Assembly (NCBI GenBank): GCA_045605305.1
Contig: JAZUPS010000014.1
Location: 1-52,208, forward strand
Length of the DNA: 52,208 nucleotides
Reading direction: 5' to 3'
DNA from: Victivallaceae bacterium
Lineage (GTDB): Bacteria > Verrucomicrobiota > Lentisphaeria > Victivallales > Victivallaceae
Each line of letters starts with the position of its first letter. The stretch's first letter is position 1. Below the pieces are notes generated by a model that searched no databases, was not told the origin of the DNA, and saw nothing but the letters and a program-made list of their open reading frames with translations. A program made the translations under genes and the position numbers. Positions 14,871-24,513 of this stretch are shown piece after piece.

Positions 14871-14892
14871 AACCATAAAAAAGGAAAAAAAG

Positions 14893-15444
14893 ATGGACTT
14901 TCTGGAAATGATGAGAGAACGGAAAAGCTGCCGTTCATTTGATCCTGCACGTCAGGTGTCGGAAGAGGATTTGCTGAAGATCGTAGAGGCGGGCAGATTG
15001 ACCCCCAGCGGATGCAACTCCCAGCCGTGGAAGTTTATTGTGGTAAATTCCCCGGAGGCAAAGGAGAAGTTGTGTGATGCCATCGTGGTTGACAACGGAG
15101 TTACCGGAGCGCCCTGGAGAAAACAGGTATCGGCTTTTATCATTCTGGTGGAGCAGGAGGCAAAAGTGATGCAGAGTGTGGTGGATTATTACCATGATAC
15201 TCAGCGTTTTGCACCGGGAGATATTGGCGCGGCATGTATGAATATGTGCCATGAGGCGTTTTCGCTGGGAATATCCAGCTGCATGATCGGCATGAATGAT
15301 CAGGAAAAAATGGAGAAATATTTCGGTATCCCGGCAGGAAGAACGGCGCGGGTGGTGCTGGCGCTGGGATACGCGGCAGATGATAAACCGGCGGTAAAGA
15401 TCCGCAAGGAGTTATCCGAGGTGTGTTCCTTTAATCACTGGTGA
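14893..15444 (+). CDS. nitroreductase family protein
   Basis: N-terminal MDFLEMMRERKSCRSF (RxSxRxF motif), SGCNSQPW. Start taken at the ATG at 14893 rather than the TTG at 14848. Confidence 0.85.
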   Translation: MDFLEMMRERKSCRSFDPARQVSEEDLLKIVEAGRLTPSGCNSQPWKFIVVNSPEAKEKLCDAIVVDNGVTGAPWRKQVSAFIILVEQEAKVMQSVVDYYHDTQRFAPGDIGAACMNMCHEAFSLGISSCMIGMNDQEKMEKYFGIPAGRTARVVLALGYAADDKPAVKIRKELSEVCSFNHW

Positions 15445-16348
15445 TCTCCGGGTTTTCCCGGATGGCGTTGAACGGCATTTCTTCCAGACGGTGACGGAAG
15501 TTTCTGGGAGAAATGCCGTAATGTTTTTTAAATTCGGCGGAAAAGTATTGACAACTGGAGTAGTTGAGCATGGAGGAGATCTTTTTTGCCGGATAATATT
15601 GGAGAAGGAAGCGCGCCTTTTCCAGTTTCTGCTTGAGAAAGTAGTTTATGGGACTGCACTGCATATACTGCTGAAAGAGGCGGTTGAGCGTGGCTTTGCT
15701 GACACACGCCGCCTGAGCGATTTCAGTGAGCGTTACCTGCCGGTCAAGCGATTCACTGATAAAGACTATGGCCTTTTGCAGCTCTTCAGGGCGGGGGGAG
15801 ACGACCGCCTGTTCTGCAAGGGTAAGGAGCAATTCATAACAGAGTTTGCTCATGGTGAATTGATCGAAGGGCTGGCGGCTGCCGACAGAGTAGATCTCAT
15901 CGAAAATACGGTCGATGCGGGAGTTGTCTGCCGGACGGATGTGGTAGACCCGGTCAAGTCCGGTAGCTGAAAGCAGAGCCTGAAGCAGAGAACCGGTGAT
16001 ATTGACCACCTTTTTTACTGCGGTAAGGGTCTCACAGCGCATGGAACTGTCACTGCCCATGTGTACCAGAAAGATCTCTCCCGGGGCACAGCGGACTTCG
16101 ATACCGTTGTGATTGAAGATAAAAATTCCCTCACTTACATACTCCACGGCAAAGACGTTGGAGTTTATCCGCTGACGGAAACACTCCCGGTGCCAGTAGT
16201 CATCACCGCAGGAAAAGGGATAAAGGGGGGTATGGTGATCGATATTCTCAAATACCCGGAACTTATGAAGGGGATATTCCAGATAATTATTGCCGAAAAG
16301 CTGACTGCCATAGGGGAGTTTTTCAACGAAACGCCGTTTTTGTGCCAT
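15431..16348 (-). CDS. AraC family transcriptional regulator
   Basis: C-terminal double HTH (TLTEIAQAACVSKATLNRLFQQYMQCSPINYF...YSSCQYFSAEFKKHYGISPRNFR) and an N-terminal cupin-like sensor domain. Divergent from the GH92 gene. Confidence 0.85.
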   Translation of the reverse strand: MAQKRRFVEKLPYGSQLFGNNYLEYPLHKFRVFENIDHHTPLYPFSCGDDYWHRECFRQRINSNVFAVEYVSEGIFIFNHNGIEVRCAPGEIFLVHMGSDSSMRCETLTAVKKVVNITGSLLQALLSATGLDRVYHIRPADNSRIDRIFDEIYSVGSRQPFDQFTMSKLCYELLLTLAEQAVVSPRPEELQKAIVFISESLDRQVTLTEIAQAACVSKATLNRLFQQYMQCSPINYFLKQKLEKARFLLQYYPAKKISSMLNYSSCQYFSAEFKKHYGISPRNFRHRLEEMPFNAIRENPEITSD

Positions 16349-16416
16349 GATTTTTGTCCTGATTTTATATATGGTTCTTTTGAGAATATATCACAACTTT
16401 TTTAAAAGTAAAGCCG

Positions 16417-16444
16417 TTGCAAAAAAATTTTTCCCGGATATAGT
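16417..16444 (+). promoter_or_regulatory. sigma70-like promoter candidate for the GH92 operon
   Basis: TTGCAA (16417-16422), 16-nt spacer, TATAGT (16439-16444). ATG at 16482. Confidence 0.4.
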
Positions 16445-16481
16445 ATAAGAAGAAATTCCAAAAATAAGGTGAATCTGAAAA

Positions 16482-18503
16482 ATGGCAAAAAAAAGTAACT
16501 ATGCCGATCTTTTCTGGGGCAACGGCGCCGTGGCGGCACCGGCGGGAAAAGGTTTGGCGAAACACTGGAACTGGCTGAAGGCGCAGACGGGAAATACTCA
16601 TCCGGGAGCGCTGATGCCTTTCGGCTGGGTCTCGGCACTGCCTTTCAGCGGCGCCTATCCCACCGGTTACGGGGTGAACGGCAACAGCTGTGAGGGTACG
16701 CCGCCGCAGGTGTCAGATGGAAGTTATGCTTGGGGTGTTACCCATTTTCACCACTCCGGAACGGGATATGTGGGAGAATTTTACAACTATTTTCTGGTGC
16801 AGGCGCTTTCCGCCGGGTGCGATGGAACGCAGATCTCAGAATTGTGCGATGAACATGCCCAGCCGGGATATTTTTCCGGAAAACTGGTCGATTACGATGT
16901 GGATTTTGAGTTGACCTGCGGCAAATATACCGCCTTTCACCGTTACTACTTCGGAGCAGATTCCGGCAAAGTGAATATCGATATTACCCAGCTGGGTTTG
17001 AAGATCGCCATGGGTTCCGGCTACAAAGAGGGCATCGGTTCCTTTCACGGTCACTCCCCGGCGCCGGGAGAGTACCGGGGCTTTGTCAACGGCAGCGGAG
17101 TGAAAATATATTACGACATCCTCTGCCGGGGAGAGATCACCCGTCAGCGCTTTATCAACGGCATGATCACCTTTGACCTTGCCGGGAACCGGGCGGAAAC
17201 GGTGCTGAGTTTTTCTCTGGTCAGTGAAAATGAGGCGGCGGAAAGGATGGCAGAAGCGCTGGAAAGCGGTTTTGACGGCAGCCGTTCAAAGGCAGCCGCC
17301 CTCTGGGAAGAACTTCTGGGCAAGATCAATGTGCAGTTCAAAAAAGAGGAGGATACCCGGCTCTTTTACAGTGCGCTTTATCACTCGCTGGTGAAACCGG
17401 CGGATACCGGTCACGGTTTTACCGATTTTGTGACCATGTGGGATATTTACCGCACCCAGCTGCCGCTGGTGATGATGATCGCTCCGGAAATTGCCGGGAA
17501 AATCCTGTGGACGATGCTGGATACGATCCGGGAACGGGGATATTTCCCCTGCTGTCACATGATGAGCTGTCAGGCAGCTCGGCATGATATACAGGCAACG
17601 GCACTGAGTATCTACTCCATCAGTGACGGATTTTTCCGCAGCATTTTAAGCAAAGAGGATTATCCGGTGATCAAAGAGGCGTTTGTCAAAGTTTTTGCCT
17701 CTGCCTCGCTGAAGGGGAAATCCCCCACCCACACCCTCGATCTTGCCGGAGCATATTATGCGGCATCGCTGGTGGCAGAAGCGTGTGAAGACAGAGAAAA
17801 CAGCGCCTTGTGGCGGGAAAAGAGCCGGATTTGGGAAAGCGTTTATGATCCTGAAACCGGGTTGCTGACCGCCAAAGCGGATTATTATGAGGGGGATTGG
17901 TGGAACTACTCCTTCCGTCCCCATGCGGATATGCTGAAAAGAGTCGCTCTTGCAGGCGGGGAGGAGGGTTTTGAAAAACTGCTGGATAAGTTTTTCGGCT
18001 TTGAGTGTCAGGATGAGTACAGTTGCCCCCGTCCGCTTATTCCCCACCGCTTTGAAGGGATGAATAATGAGTCGGATATGGAAACTCCGGCGGCGTATCT
18101 CTGGTGCGGCAAAGCGGATAAACAGGCGCTTATCCACGATACCATCCGCAAAAACATGTTCCTCAACGGTTCCGGCGGCTGTCCCGGCAACAACGACTCC
18201 GGGGCATTGAGTTCGTGGTATATTCTCAGTACGCTGGGAATCTATCCTCTGACCGGTACGCCTTATACCCTTTTGACCTCACCGCTGGTGGAAAAAGCTC
18301 AAATCGATCTCGGCGGCAGAAAACTGCTCATTGAGGTCGAAAAAGAGGGTTCTTCTGCGATTTATCCGGCGGAATTTGAGTTCAACGGCGAAAAATTTAC
18401 CGAACCGTGGATCACCACCGGACTTCTCCATGAGGGAGGAGTATTGAAGTTTGTGCTGAAAAACAAACCGGCAAGCAAATCACCGGTTCCCCAATGGCTT
18501 TAA
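16482..18503 (+). CDS. glycoside hydrolase family 92-like (alpha-mannosidase-type) protein
   Basis: N-terminal GNTHPGALMPFGWV and C-terminal GNNDSGALSSWYILSTLGIYPLTGTPYTLLTSPLV resemble conserved GH92 blocks. 673 aa, no obvious signal peptide. Confidence 0.75.
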   Translation: MAKKSNYADLFWGNGAVAAPAGKGLAKHWNWLKAQTGNTHPGALMPFGWVSALPFSGAYPTGYGVNGNSCEGTPPQVSDGSYAWGVTHFHHSGTGYVGEFYNYFLVQALSAGCDGTQISELCDEHAQPGYFSGKLVDYDVDFELTCGKYTAFHRYYFGADSGKVNIDITQLGLKIAMGSGYKEGIGSFHGHSPAPGEYRGFVNGSGVKIYYDILCRGEITRQRFINGMITFDLAGNRAETVLSFSLVSENEAAERMAEALESGFDGSRSKAAALWEELLGKINVQFKKEEDTRLFYSALYHSLVKPADTGHGFTDFVTMWDIYRTQLPLVMMIAPEIAGKILWTMLDTIRERGYFPCCHMMSCQAARHDIQATALSIYSISDGFFRSILSKEDYPVIKEAFVKVFASASLKGKSPTHTLDLAGAYYAASLVAEACEDRENSALWREKSRIWESVYDPETGLLTAKADYYEGDWWNYSFRPHADMLKRVALAGGEEGFEKLLDKFFGFECQDEYSCPRPLIPHRFEGMNNESDMETPAAYLWCGKADKQALIHDTIRKNMFLNGSGGCPGNNDSGALSSWYILSTLGIYPLTGTPYTLLTSPLVEKAQIDLGGRKLLIEVEKEGSSAIYPAEFEFNGEKFTEPWITTGLLHEGGVLKFVLKNKPASKSPVPQWL

Positions 18504-18527
18504 CCCCCAAATAAAAGGAGATTTCTC

Positions 18528-19457
18528 ATGAAACGAAAACAACGTGCCTTTACCTTGATAGAATTACTTGTGAAAAGATCACATCTCTGCTGTGATCGTG
18601 TTTATGGCAAGGAAGAAGGTTTTTCACCTGCCCATGGGCAGGTGAAGCTGTACAGCTTCACCTTAATAGAGCTTCTCGTTGTTATTGCTATAATTGCAAT
18701 TCTGGCGGCGATATTGCTGCCGGCGCTCAACAGTGCCCGGCAGAGCGGTCACGGCGCAAGTTGTGTGAATAATCTCAAGCAGATCGGTTCTTCACTGGCG
18801 CTTTATTCCGGCGCTTATGAAATGTATCCCTGCGGTCCCTCATGGATAAAAGCCGACGGTCAGAATCATGACCTCAACGCTATCAACTGGAGTATTCCCC
18901 AGGGGCAGTTAGTCCGGAGTGTGGGACTGGCGACGGAGGTTTTGAATTGTCCCTCATTCACCGCCAACAACAACGATATGTATCAGTGGACTGCGGCGAT
19001 CGGCAACTCTCTGGATATGCCTGCCAACTATACTACCGCCTGGACTCACCGCGGCATGACATTTACCACCTACGGCATGAACTACACCTATCTCGGCATC
19101 GGTTATGTCAGAGAAGACTACGGCAAAGCCGGGGCAAGAGGTCCTTATAAGGACGGCAAAGCCAAATCCCCCAGCACCACTATCGCTTTTGCCGATACCA
19201 ACAGTCAGGATCCGACCGGGACTCCCCGCGGCAGATGGTGGCTCGATCACCGCAAAAATGATTCCACCTACACCCGCGGCTTCCTCTGGCCGGTTCACAA
19301 AGGCGGAGCTAACATCCTCTTTGCCGACGGTCATGTGGCGATCCAGCGCGGCGGCACGGGAACTTTGGATCAAATCGGTTCCAACACCCTCTATGACACC
19401 ATTCCCCACAAAAATACCAACCCCCATTCTGAAGGTGAATCATGGTGGACTTACTGA
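18528..19457 (+). CDS. prepilin-type N-terminal cleavage/methylation domain protein of the H-X9-DG (DUF1559-like) family, with a duplicated N-terminal motif
   Basis: [24 protein letters not shown] plus C-terminal [13 protein letters not shown] (H-X9-DG). AAGGAG RBS before the ATG at 18528. FTLIELLV occurs twice (18549-18572 and 18657-18680), separated by 84 nt of hairpin-rich sequence. Confidence 0.85.
   Translation: MKRKQRAFTLIELLVKRSHLCCDRVYGKEEGFSPAHGQVKLYSFTLIELLVVIAIIAILAAILLPALNSARQSGHGASCVNNLKQIGSSLALYSGAYEMYPCGPSWIKADGQNHDLNAINWSIPQGQLVRSVGLATEVLNCPSFTANNNDMYQWTAAIGNSLDMPANYTTAWTHRGMTFTTYGMNYTYLGIGYVREDYGKAGARGPYKDGKAKSPSTTIAFADTNSQDPTGTPRGRWWLDHRKNDSTYTRGFLWPVHKGGANILFADGHVAIQRGGTGTLDQIGSNTLYDTIPHKNTNPHSEGESWWTY
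18573..18659 (+). repeat. in-frame insertion of three consecutive palindromic hairpins inside the pseudopilin leader region (MITE/REP-like)
   Basis: GATCACA-N7-TGTGATC (18577-18597). A perfect 20-nt palindrome CACCTGCCCATGGGCAGGTG (18625-18644). A perfect 16-nt palindrome GAAGCTGTACAGCTTC (18644-18659). Confidence 0.6.
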
Positions 19458-22400
19458 AAAAGAGTTGTTCATTGTTTCTGCTGACCGGAGCATTGATGCT
19501 CTCAGCGGCAGTGGATGAACGCAGCAGTTTTTACACAGTTTCCTCTCACCAGCCGGGAGTGAATACCCCGGTCACGGTGGCAATTACCCTGCGGGACAGT
19601 GCCGGAAATCTGACCGATGCCAAAAATATCACCCTTTCCTGTGATCAACCATCTATGGTTTCAGCAATCAAAAAACTTGCTCCGGGCAAATATCAGGGGA
19701 TAGTGACCTTCAGTGAAGCGGGCAAAGGCATCACCCTCACCGTATTGGCTGACGGAGTGAAAGTCCGGGAAAATCTGATCAATTCCCCGGAGGATCAGCG
19801 CGTTTGCACCGCATGGACAAGCAATCTCTACTCCAACGAAATGCGCCGTTTTGCCGACCGTCTGGAAATCGTCTCCCTTGACCGCAAAAGCAACGCTTCA
19901 TGGGGATTTTGCGTACTGGAAGGAAAAAATTACCTTCATGACCGCAAATACAACTTCTCTGCGGAAGCGGAACTTGACGGTGTTGCCGGTCACGGTATCG
20001 TGGTGGTCGGCGGTGAACGCAACGCCGCCGGAAAAGAACAGCAAAGCCCCTTTTACGGACAATTCTTTACCGGGAACAAGCGTACTGTGAAACTGGCAAA
20101 AGTGATCACTCCCCGTCCCTGGGGCGTGAAACTCTCTGCCGGGGTGTCGCTGATGACCGCCGACGGCAAAGTAATCATCCGTTACCCCAGAGTTGAAAGC
20201 ATACCGACCTTTGTCACTCAGGCAACGGAAGGGATCAAGATCCAGCCGACCAAATTCAAAGGCAACGACCGTTTTGCCCGAAGTTACGCCAAAGCTGCAA
20301 CTGCAGGTTACGAAAAGCTCCTTGCCATGCCGGAAAACAGCGATTTGAAAGCGAAAATCACCGGCAATATCAGCGCTTATACCGCACTGGATATCCGCCG
20401 GGAACTGGCGAAACGTCAGCAGATCGTGGAGCAATCCGGTGCCGATGCTCTGCGCAAACAGCTCCGCGAAGCCTCATTCAAAACCGAAGTCAAACCGCCA
20501 TTCGGCAAAAATATCAACGCTCTTGTCATGTACAAAATGGCTGAAGCACCCACCCTTGACGGCAATCTTGATGAGTGGAAAACTTTTTCCGGCAATTTCA
20601 AAAATTCCCGGGGCGAACACCCTGCCGCCTCCCCCCAAACCGAAGTTGCCGCCGGATATGATCAGGAGAATCTCTATCTTGCCTTCCGCCTCAATGGCAA
20701 AGTCGGCAGAGCCGGTAATGCAGTTCCCCATGACGGTGATGAGATATGGCGCAGCGACAGCGTGGAAATTTTCATCGTTCCCGAACACGGCAATGGTTAT
20801 TATCAGCTTGCCGTCGGCGCCAATGGTCAGACCTTTGACGGAGCGGAAGGGGATGCCATGGTCAATTTCCCGTGGAAAAAAGCGTATAAAGTCAATGACA
20901 ACGGTTGGAGCGTGGAAGTGGCGATCCCGTGGAAAAGCGCGGGATTTTCCGCCATCCCCAAAGAGTTCCGGGGGAACTTCTGCCGCACCGTAACTCATGG
21001 GCAGGCAAGCTGCTGGAGCATCCATTCGCGCGGTTATTCCGAAGCGGCAGGCATGGGATTCATCGTGGCTGACAGCTTCGGCAGGGCAAAGGATGCCGCC
21101 GGATTTATCGCCTTGAAAAATGCCGATGCCGTGGCAAAACAGCGCGCCGTAATCGCTGCCAGTGAAAAGGCGCGCAAGGAACTTTCCGGCAGCGGGGTGA
21201 TCTTCTCGCTCTGGGATGAGGAAAAAGATTTTGAAAAAGACCCCAATTATCAGGTACGTTTCCTCGCTGAAAGGATAAAACAGGGGGGCAAAACGGCTCT
21301 TTTCTGCAAACAGGCGGTCAACGAGTTCGCCCACAGATCTTTTATTGTCTCCTCCATTTCGGGGGTGAAGGATATGAAATTCATCCTCCGCGATCTGATT
21401 TCTGCCGACGGCAGAAAAATTCCCGCCGCCAACTTGAGTATCTGGAAGATCGGCTATCTGGAACCGTCAAAAGCCCTCTGGAAAAGCCGTTACGATTCAT
21501 GGAGCAAACGTCCGATCCCGGAGCTGGTCGAAGAGGTCGATGGCGCGCTCACTCTGGAGGAGTTCCAATCCATCCAGTTCCGTCTGGTGATCGACAGCCG
21601 CAACGTGCTTCCCGGCAAATACTCCGGCAAAATCGCGGTGAATTGCGGCGGGAAAAATTATGATCTCCCGGTAAATTGTGAAGTTATGGATTTTGCCCTG
21701 CCGGATGCGGCAAATAATCCTTTCCGGGTCTATCTTTTTTCCAGTCTGCCCTACGGCGGCAAATCCGGTGAAGCGTGGGCAAAACTTTATAAAGAGCGCT
21801 ATGTCAATGAAATAAGTTTTGAGCATCCCCGTATGCTCCTTGACGGCAAAGAGATGAATATCCCCAACTGGCGCACCAAAGATTACATAAAATTGATGAC
21901 CGCATGGAAACAGCCGGAAAACTCCAAATTCACCATTGACGGGAAATGTTATGATTTTGACGATCGTATCGCCATTTGCGGTCGCTGGGGACTTATTCCG
22001 CAGTTGACCAACCGCACCGGGGCGGTCTATGTCGATCTTATGGATCAGCTCGATGCCCATATCCGGGCGCTCGGCGTGAAAGAGTGGGATTACAAACTGG
22101 GGGATGAAGATCACAGCCCCTGGTATCTTCCCCTTGCCAGAGCCATACGCAAACAGGTTCCGGCGCTGAATGTCTCCTTCATCCCCGCCGGTTACGAGTA
22201 TTGGGATTTGAAAACTCTCATCGGCGGTTTTACCAATATCAGTTACAGCCGGGCAGCAATGACTATCAATGAACAGGGCGAAAAGGATTTGAAAACACTC
22301 CGTGCCAACGGCATAAAAATTTCCCGTTACACCAACCGCACCAGCTGGGCGGAACGCAGCGGAAGATTTTCCGGCAGACTGGATATCTGGGATGTCCTTA

Positions 22401-22771
22401 TCCGGGAAGGTCTGGATGGATTCTGCGTCTGGACAGCTTCTCCCTACGTCACTCTGGGCGGAGCGCTGGGTTATGACAGTGCTTATAAAGTTCCCGCCCA
22501 CAACTTTCCGCCGGAAAATCAGAGTACCTGCCAGCTGATATATATCCGCAAACAGGGAGATTTTTATAAGCCGGTAAGCTGTATCCGCCTGGAAGATATG
22601 CGCGACGGCATTACCGATGCCCTCTATTACCGCGAAGCACTCAAACGCACGGAAAAGAATCCGGAAATGCGCAAAAAACTGCTTGCCATCAGCGAATTGC
22701 GCTGCAAAACAAGGAAAGATTATGACAATGCAAGAATGAAGATCGCGGAAATCATTCTGGCAGCAAAATAA
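19442..22771 (+). CDS. large secreted multidomain protein (Ig-like N-domain, CBM9-like module, C-terminal glycoside-hydrolase-like/DUF4091-like region)
   Basis: Signal peptide [24 protein letters not shown]. Ig-like segment ([16 protein letters not shown]...). CBM9-like block ([14 protein letters not shown]...[11 protein letters not shown]...[29 protein letters not shown]...[11 protein letters not shown]). The C-terminal assignment is tentative. Overlaps the upstream gene by 16 nt. Confidence 0.65.
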   Translation: MVDLLKKSCSLFLLTGALMLSAAVDERSSFYTVSSHQPGVNTPVTVAITLRDSAGNLTDAKNITLSCDQPSMVSAIKKLAPGKYQGIVTFSEAGKGITLTVLADGVKVRENLINSPEDQRVCTAWTSNLYSNEMRRFADRLEIVSLDRKSNASWGFCVLEGKNYLHDRKYNFSAEAELDGVAGHGIVVVGGERNAAGKEQQSPFYGQFFTGNKRTVKLAKVITPRPWGVKLSAGVSLMTADGKVIIRYPRVESIPTFVTQATEGIKIQPTKFKGNDRFARSYAKAATAGYEKLLAMPENSDLKAKITGNISAYTALDIRRELAKRQQIVEQSGADALRKQLREASFKTEVKPPFGKNINALVMYKMAEAPTLDGNLDEWKTFSGNFKNSRGEHPAASPQTEVAAGYDQENLYLAFRLNGKVGRAGNAVPHDGDEIWRSDSVEIFIVPEHGNGYYQLAVGANGQTFDGAEGDAMVNFPWKKAYKVNDNGWSVEVAIPWKSAGFSAIPKEFRGNFCRTVTHGQASCWSIHSRGYSEAAGMGFIVADSFGRAKDAAGFIALKNADAVAKQRAVIAASEKARKELSGSGVIFSLWDEEKDFEKDPNYQVRFLAERIKQGGKTALFCKQAVNEFAHRSFIVSSISGVKDMKFILRDLISADGRKIPAANLSIWKIGYLEPSKALWKSRYDSWSKRPIPELVEEVDGALTLEEFQSIQFRLVIDSRNVLPGKYSGKIAVNCGGKNYDLPVNCEVMDFALPDAANNPFRVYLFSSLPYGGKSGEAWAKLYKERYVNEISFEHPRMLLDGKEMNIPNWRTKDYIKLMTAWKQPENSKFTIDGKCYDFDDRIAICGRWGLIPQLTNRTGAVYVDLMDQLDAHIRALGVKEWDYKLGDEDHSPWYLPLARAIRKQVPALNVSFIPAGYEYWDLKTLIGGFTNISYSRAAMTINEQGEKDLKTLRANGIKISRYTNRTSWAERSGRFSGRLDIWDVLIREGLDGFCVWTASPYVTLGGALGYDSAYKVPAHNFPPENQSTCQLIYIRKQGDFYKPVSCIRLEDMRDGITDALYYREALKRTEKNPEMRKKLLAISELRCKTRKDYDNARMKIAEIILAAK

Positions 22772-22863
22772 AAATTATTGCCTGAAATACCGGACATTTG
22801 GTGTCTCCCGTAATGTTGTATGTTATATATTACAGCACAACAACTTTACAGGAGGCATTTTTT

Positions 22864-23667
22864 ATGGGAAAAGAATCTGAAAAGCTGGTAAAAGAGTTCC
22901 TTGAGAGTGAATTATCCGGGAAGTGGGAAAATCTGATGACTTTTGATTTCCGCCAGCTGCACCATTCCGGGAAATTCGGTTCACCGGGCAGGTCTTTTGA
23001 TTGCGATGATACCAATATCATGCGGGCAATATACTCCATACTGTGGGAGGATGACATACCATTTCTGCATGACAATAACTTTGGCTGCCGGAAACAGTAC
23101 CGGGGCGATACCATGAATACTTTTCACACGATGTTCGGCAGGGAGATCGAAGGAAAACCGGGATTTTTTGCCGGGTTGGAAAAGTACGCGCCATCGGATG
23201 AACTGCGGGAAAAAGTCCGGCAATTCGGGAAACTTTGCTGCAATATCGGCAATTATGCGGTGCTGCCCAACTGGTTTGCCAAAGGAACCACCCTCAACTG
23301 TTACCGCGGGATCAATGAGTGGCACGACTTTTTTGACCGCTTCCTGATCGAACTGCACAAAGTTATGACCGGATGCGGCTCTCAGGATGAAACCCTGCAG
23401 GAATTGGTGAAAGTCAATGATTTCTGTTTCCGGAAATTCAAAGGAGACCGCGCATGGCAGGATTTTATCCGCATTTTACTGCTGGAGGATTACTGCGGCA
23501 ACTCCGGAAAACCGCAGAATATCTTCAATATGAACTATCACTGGATGAATGAAAACGCCCGGGGAAAGTACCTTGCCGATGCGGAAATTTATCTCGAAAA
23601 AACCGGGAAACTGATCCGTAACCGGGCAGAAAGAATGATCTCTATCCTGAAAAGCAAAATCCGTTAA
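22864..23667 (+). CDS. hypothetical protein (no family recognised)
   Basis: 267-aa ORF from the ATG at 22864, preceded by AGGAGG. Cys/Trp/Phe-rich soluble protein. Followed by a hairpin terminator. Confidence 0.55.
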   Translation: MGKESEKLVKEFLESELSGKWENLMTFDFRQLHHSGKFGSPGRSFDCDDTNIMRAIYSILWEDDIPFLHDNNFGCRKQYRGDTMNTFHTMFGREIEGKPGFFAGLEKYAPSDELREKVRQFGKLCCNIGNYAVLPNWFAKGTTLNCYRGINEWHDFFDRFLIELHKVMTGCGSQDETLQELVKVNDFCFRKFKGDRAWQDFIRILLLEDYCGNSGKPQNIFNMNYHWMNENARGKYLADAEIYLEKTGKLIRNRAERMISILKSKIR

Positions 23668-23686
23668 ACCGGATAATTTCAATATT

Positions 23687-23715
23687 CCCCTTCAGGCGGA
23701 AGGGGAACTCTTTTT
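23687..23715. terminator. bidirectional rho-independent-like terminator between convergent genes
   Basis: CCCCTTC (23687-23693), loop AGGCG, GAAGGGG (23699-23705), then AACTCTTTTT. The stem overlaps the last codons and stop of the minus-strand gene ending at 23692. Confidence 0.5.
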
Positions 23716-24510
23716 CACCGCCTTGAGGATCACCCCCAGAAACAGTGCGGCAATTCCCAACAGCACCGCCGTAAAGAGCATCAAGCCGCAGGCAAGCACC
23801 AGAAATCCCCCGATCCCCCGGAGCAGAAAATCTGCCGGATTTCCCCACGCCGTAAAGATCAGATTCACCAGCAAAATCCCGCCTGCAAGCGTGACCGCTC
23901 CGGTTTTCATCCCTTTGAAGTCCGCCGGACTCAAGGTGATGTGACTGCCGATAAGCAGAAGCAAAAGCAGATGCACCCAGCTTTGCCATCGGCAGAGCAG
24001 TGCCGGATCAGCCAGACCGCGCAGCATCCGCCAGCAGAGCATCCAAGCCGCTTTCAACACCCCGGTCAAAGAAGAAAACTCCCGCATTTCCACGCTCCCC
24101 GGAACTGCCGGCAGCAGAATAAAGGTAAAAATACAGATCACTGCCGTCCCCACGATGATCGGTGCCACTCCGATAAAAAGATTTCCCGCATTCTGGTAAA
24201 AACTCCGCCTGTCCCAGGCGTGATTGACATAGCCAAGGGTATCTCCTTCCGGCGAAAAGAGCTTCATCTCAATGATCTCATGGCGGAAAATCAGACAGAA
24301 TAATGCATGAGCCGACTCATGAACGATCGTCCCCGGAGCGGCAAGGATCAGCCAGAGCTTTTCCCCGGCAAGTTTCAAGGTCAGAAAACGCAGCACCACC
24401 GACATTGCCTGCAATACCCCCGCCAGTAATCCCAGCGGAGCAAGGATCATCAGAAATTCAAAGCTGTGCCACAAAACATTCAATAAATAAGAAAATACCG
24501 TCTGCATCAT
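23692..24510 (-). CDS. polytopic membrane protein with HExxH motif (putative membrane zinc metallopeptidase, DUF3267-like)
   Basis: IVHESAHALFCLIF (HExxH) sits between hydrophobic helices; about 6 TM segments. Confidence 0.6.
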   Translation of the reverse strand: MMQTVFSYLLNVLWHSFEFLMILAPLGLLAGVLQAMSVVLRFLTLKLAGEKLWLILAAPGTIVHESAHALFCLIFRHEIIEMKLFSPEGDTLGYVNHAWDRRSFYQNAGNLFIGVAPIIVGTAVICIFTFILLPAVPGSVEMREFSSLTGVLKAAWMLCWRMLRGLADPALLCRWQSWVHLLLLLLIGSHITLSPADFKGMKTGAVTLAGGILLVNLIFTAWGNPADFLLRGIGGFLVLACGLMLFTAVLLGIAALFLGVILKAVKKSSPSA

Positions 24511-24513
24511 AAA

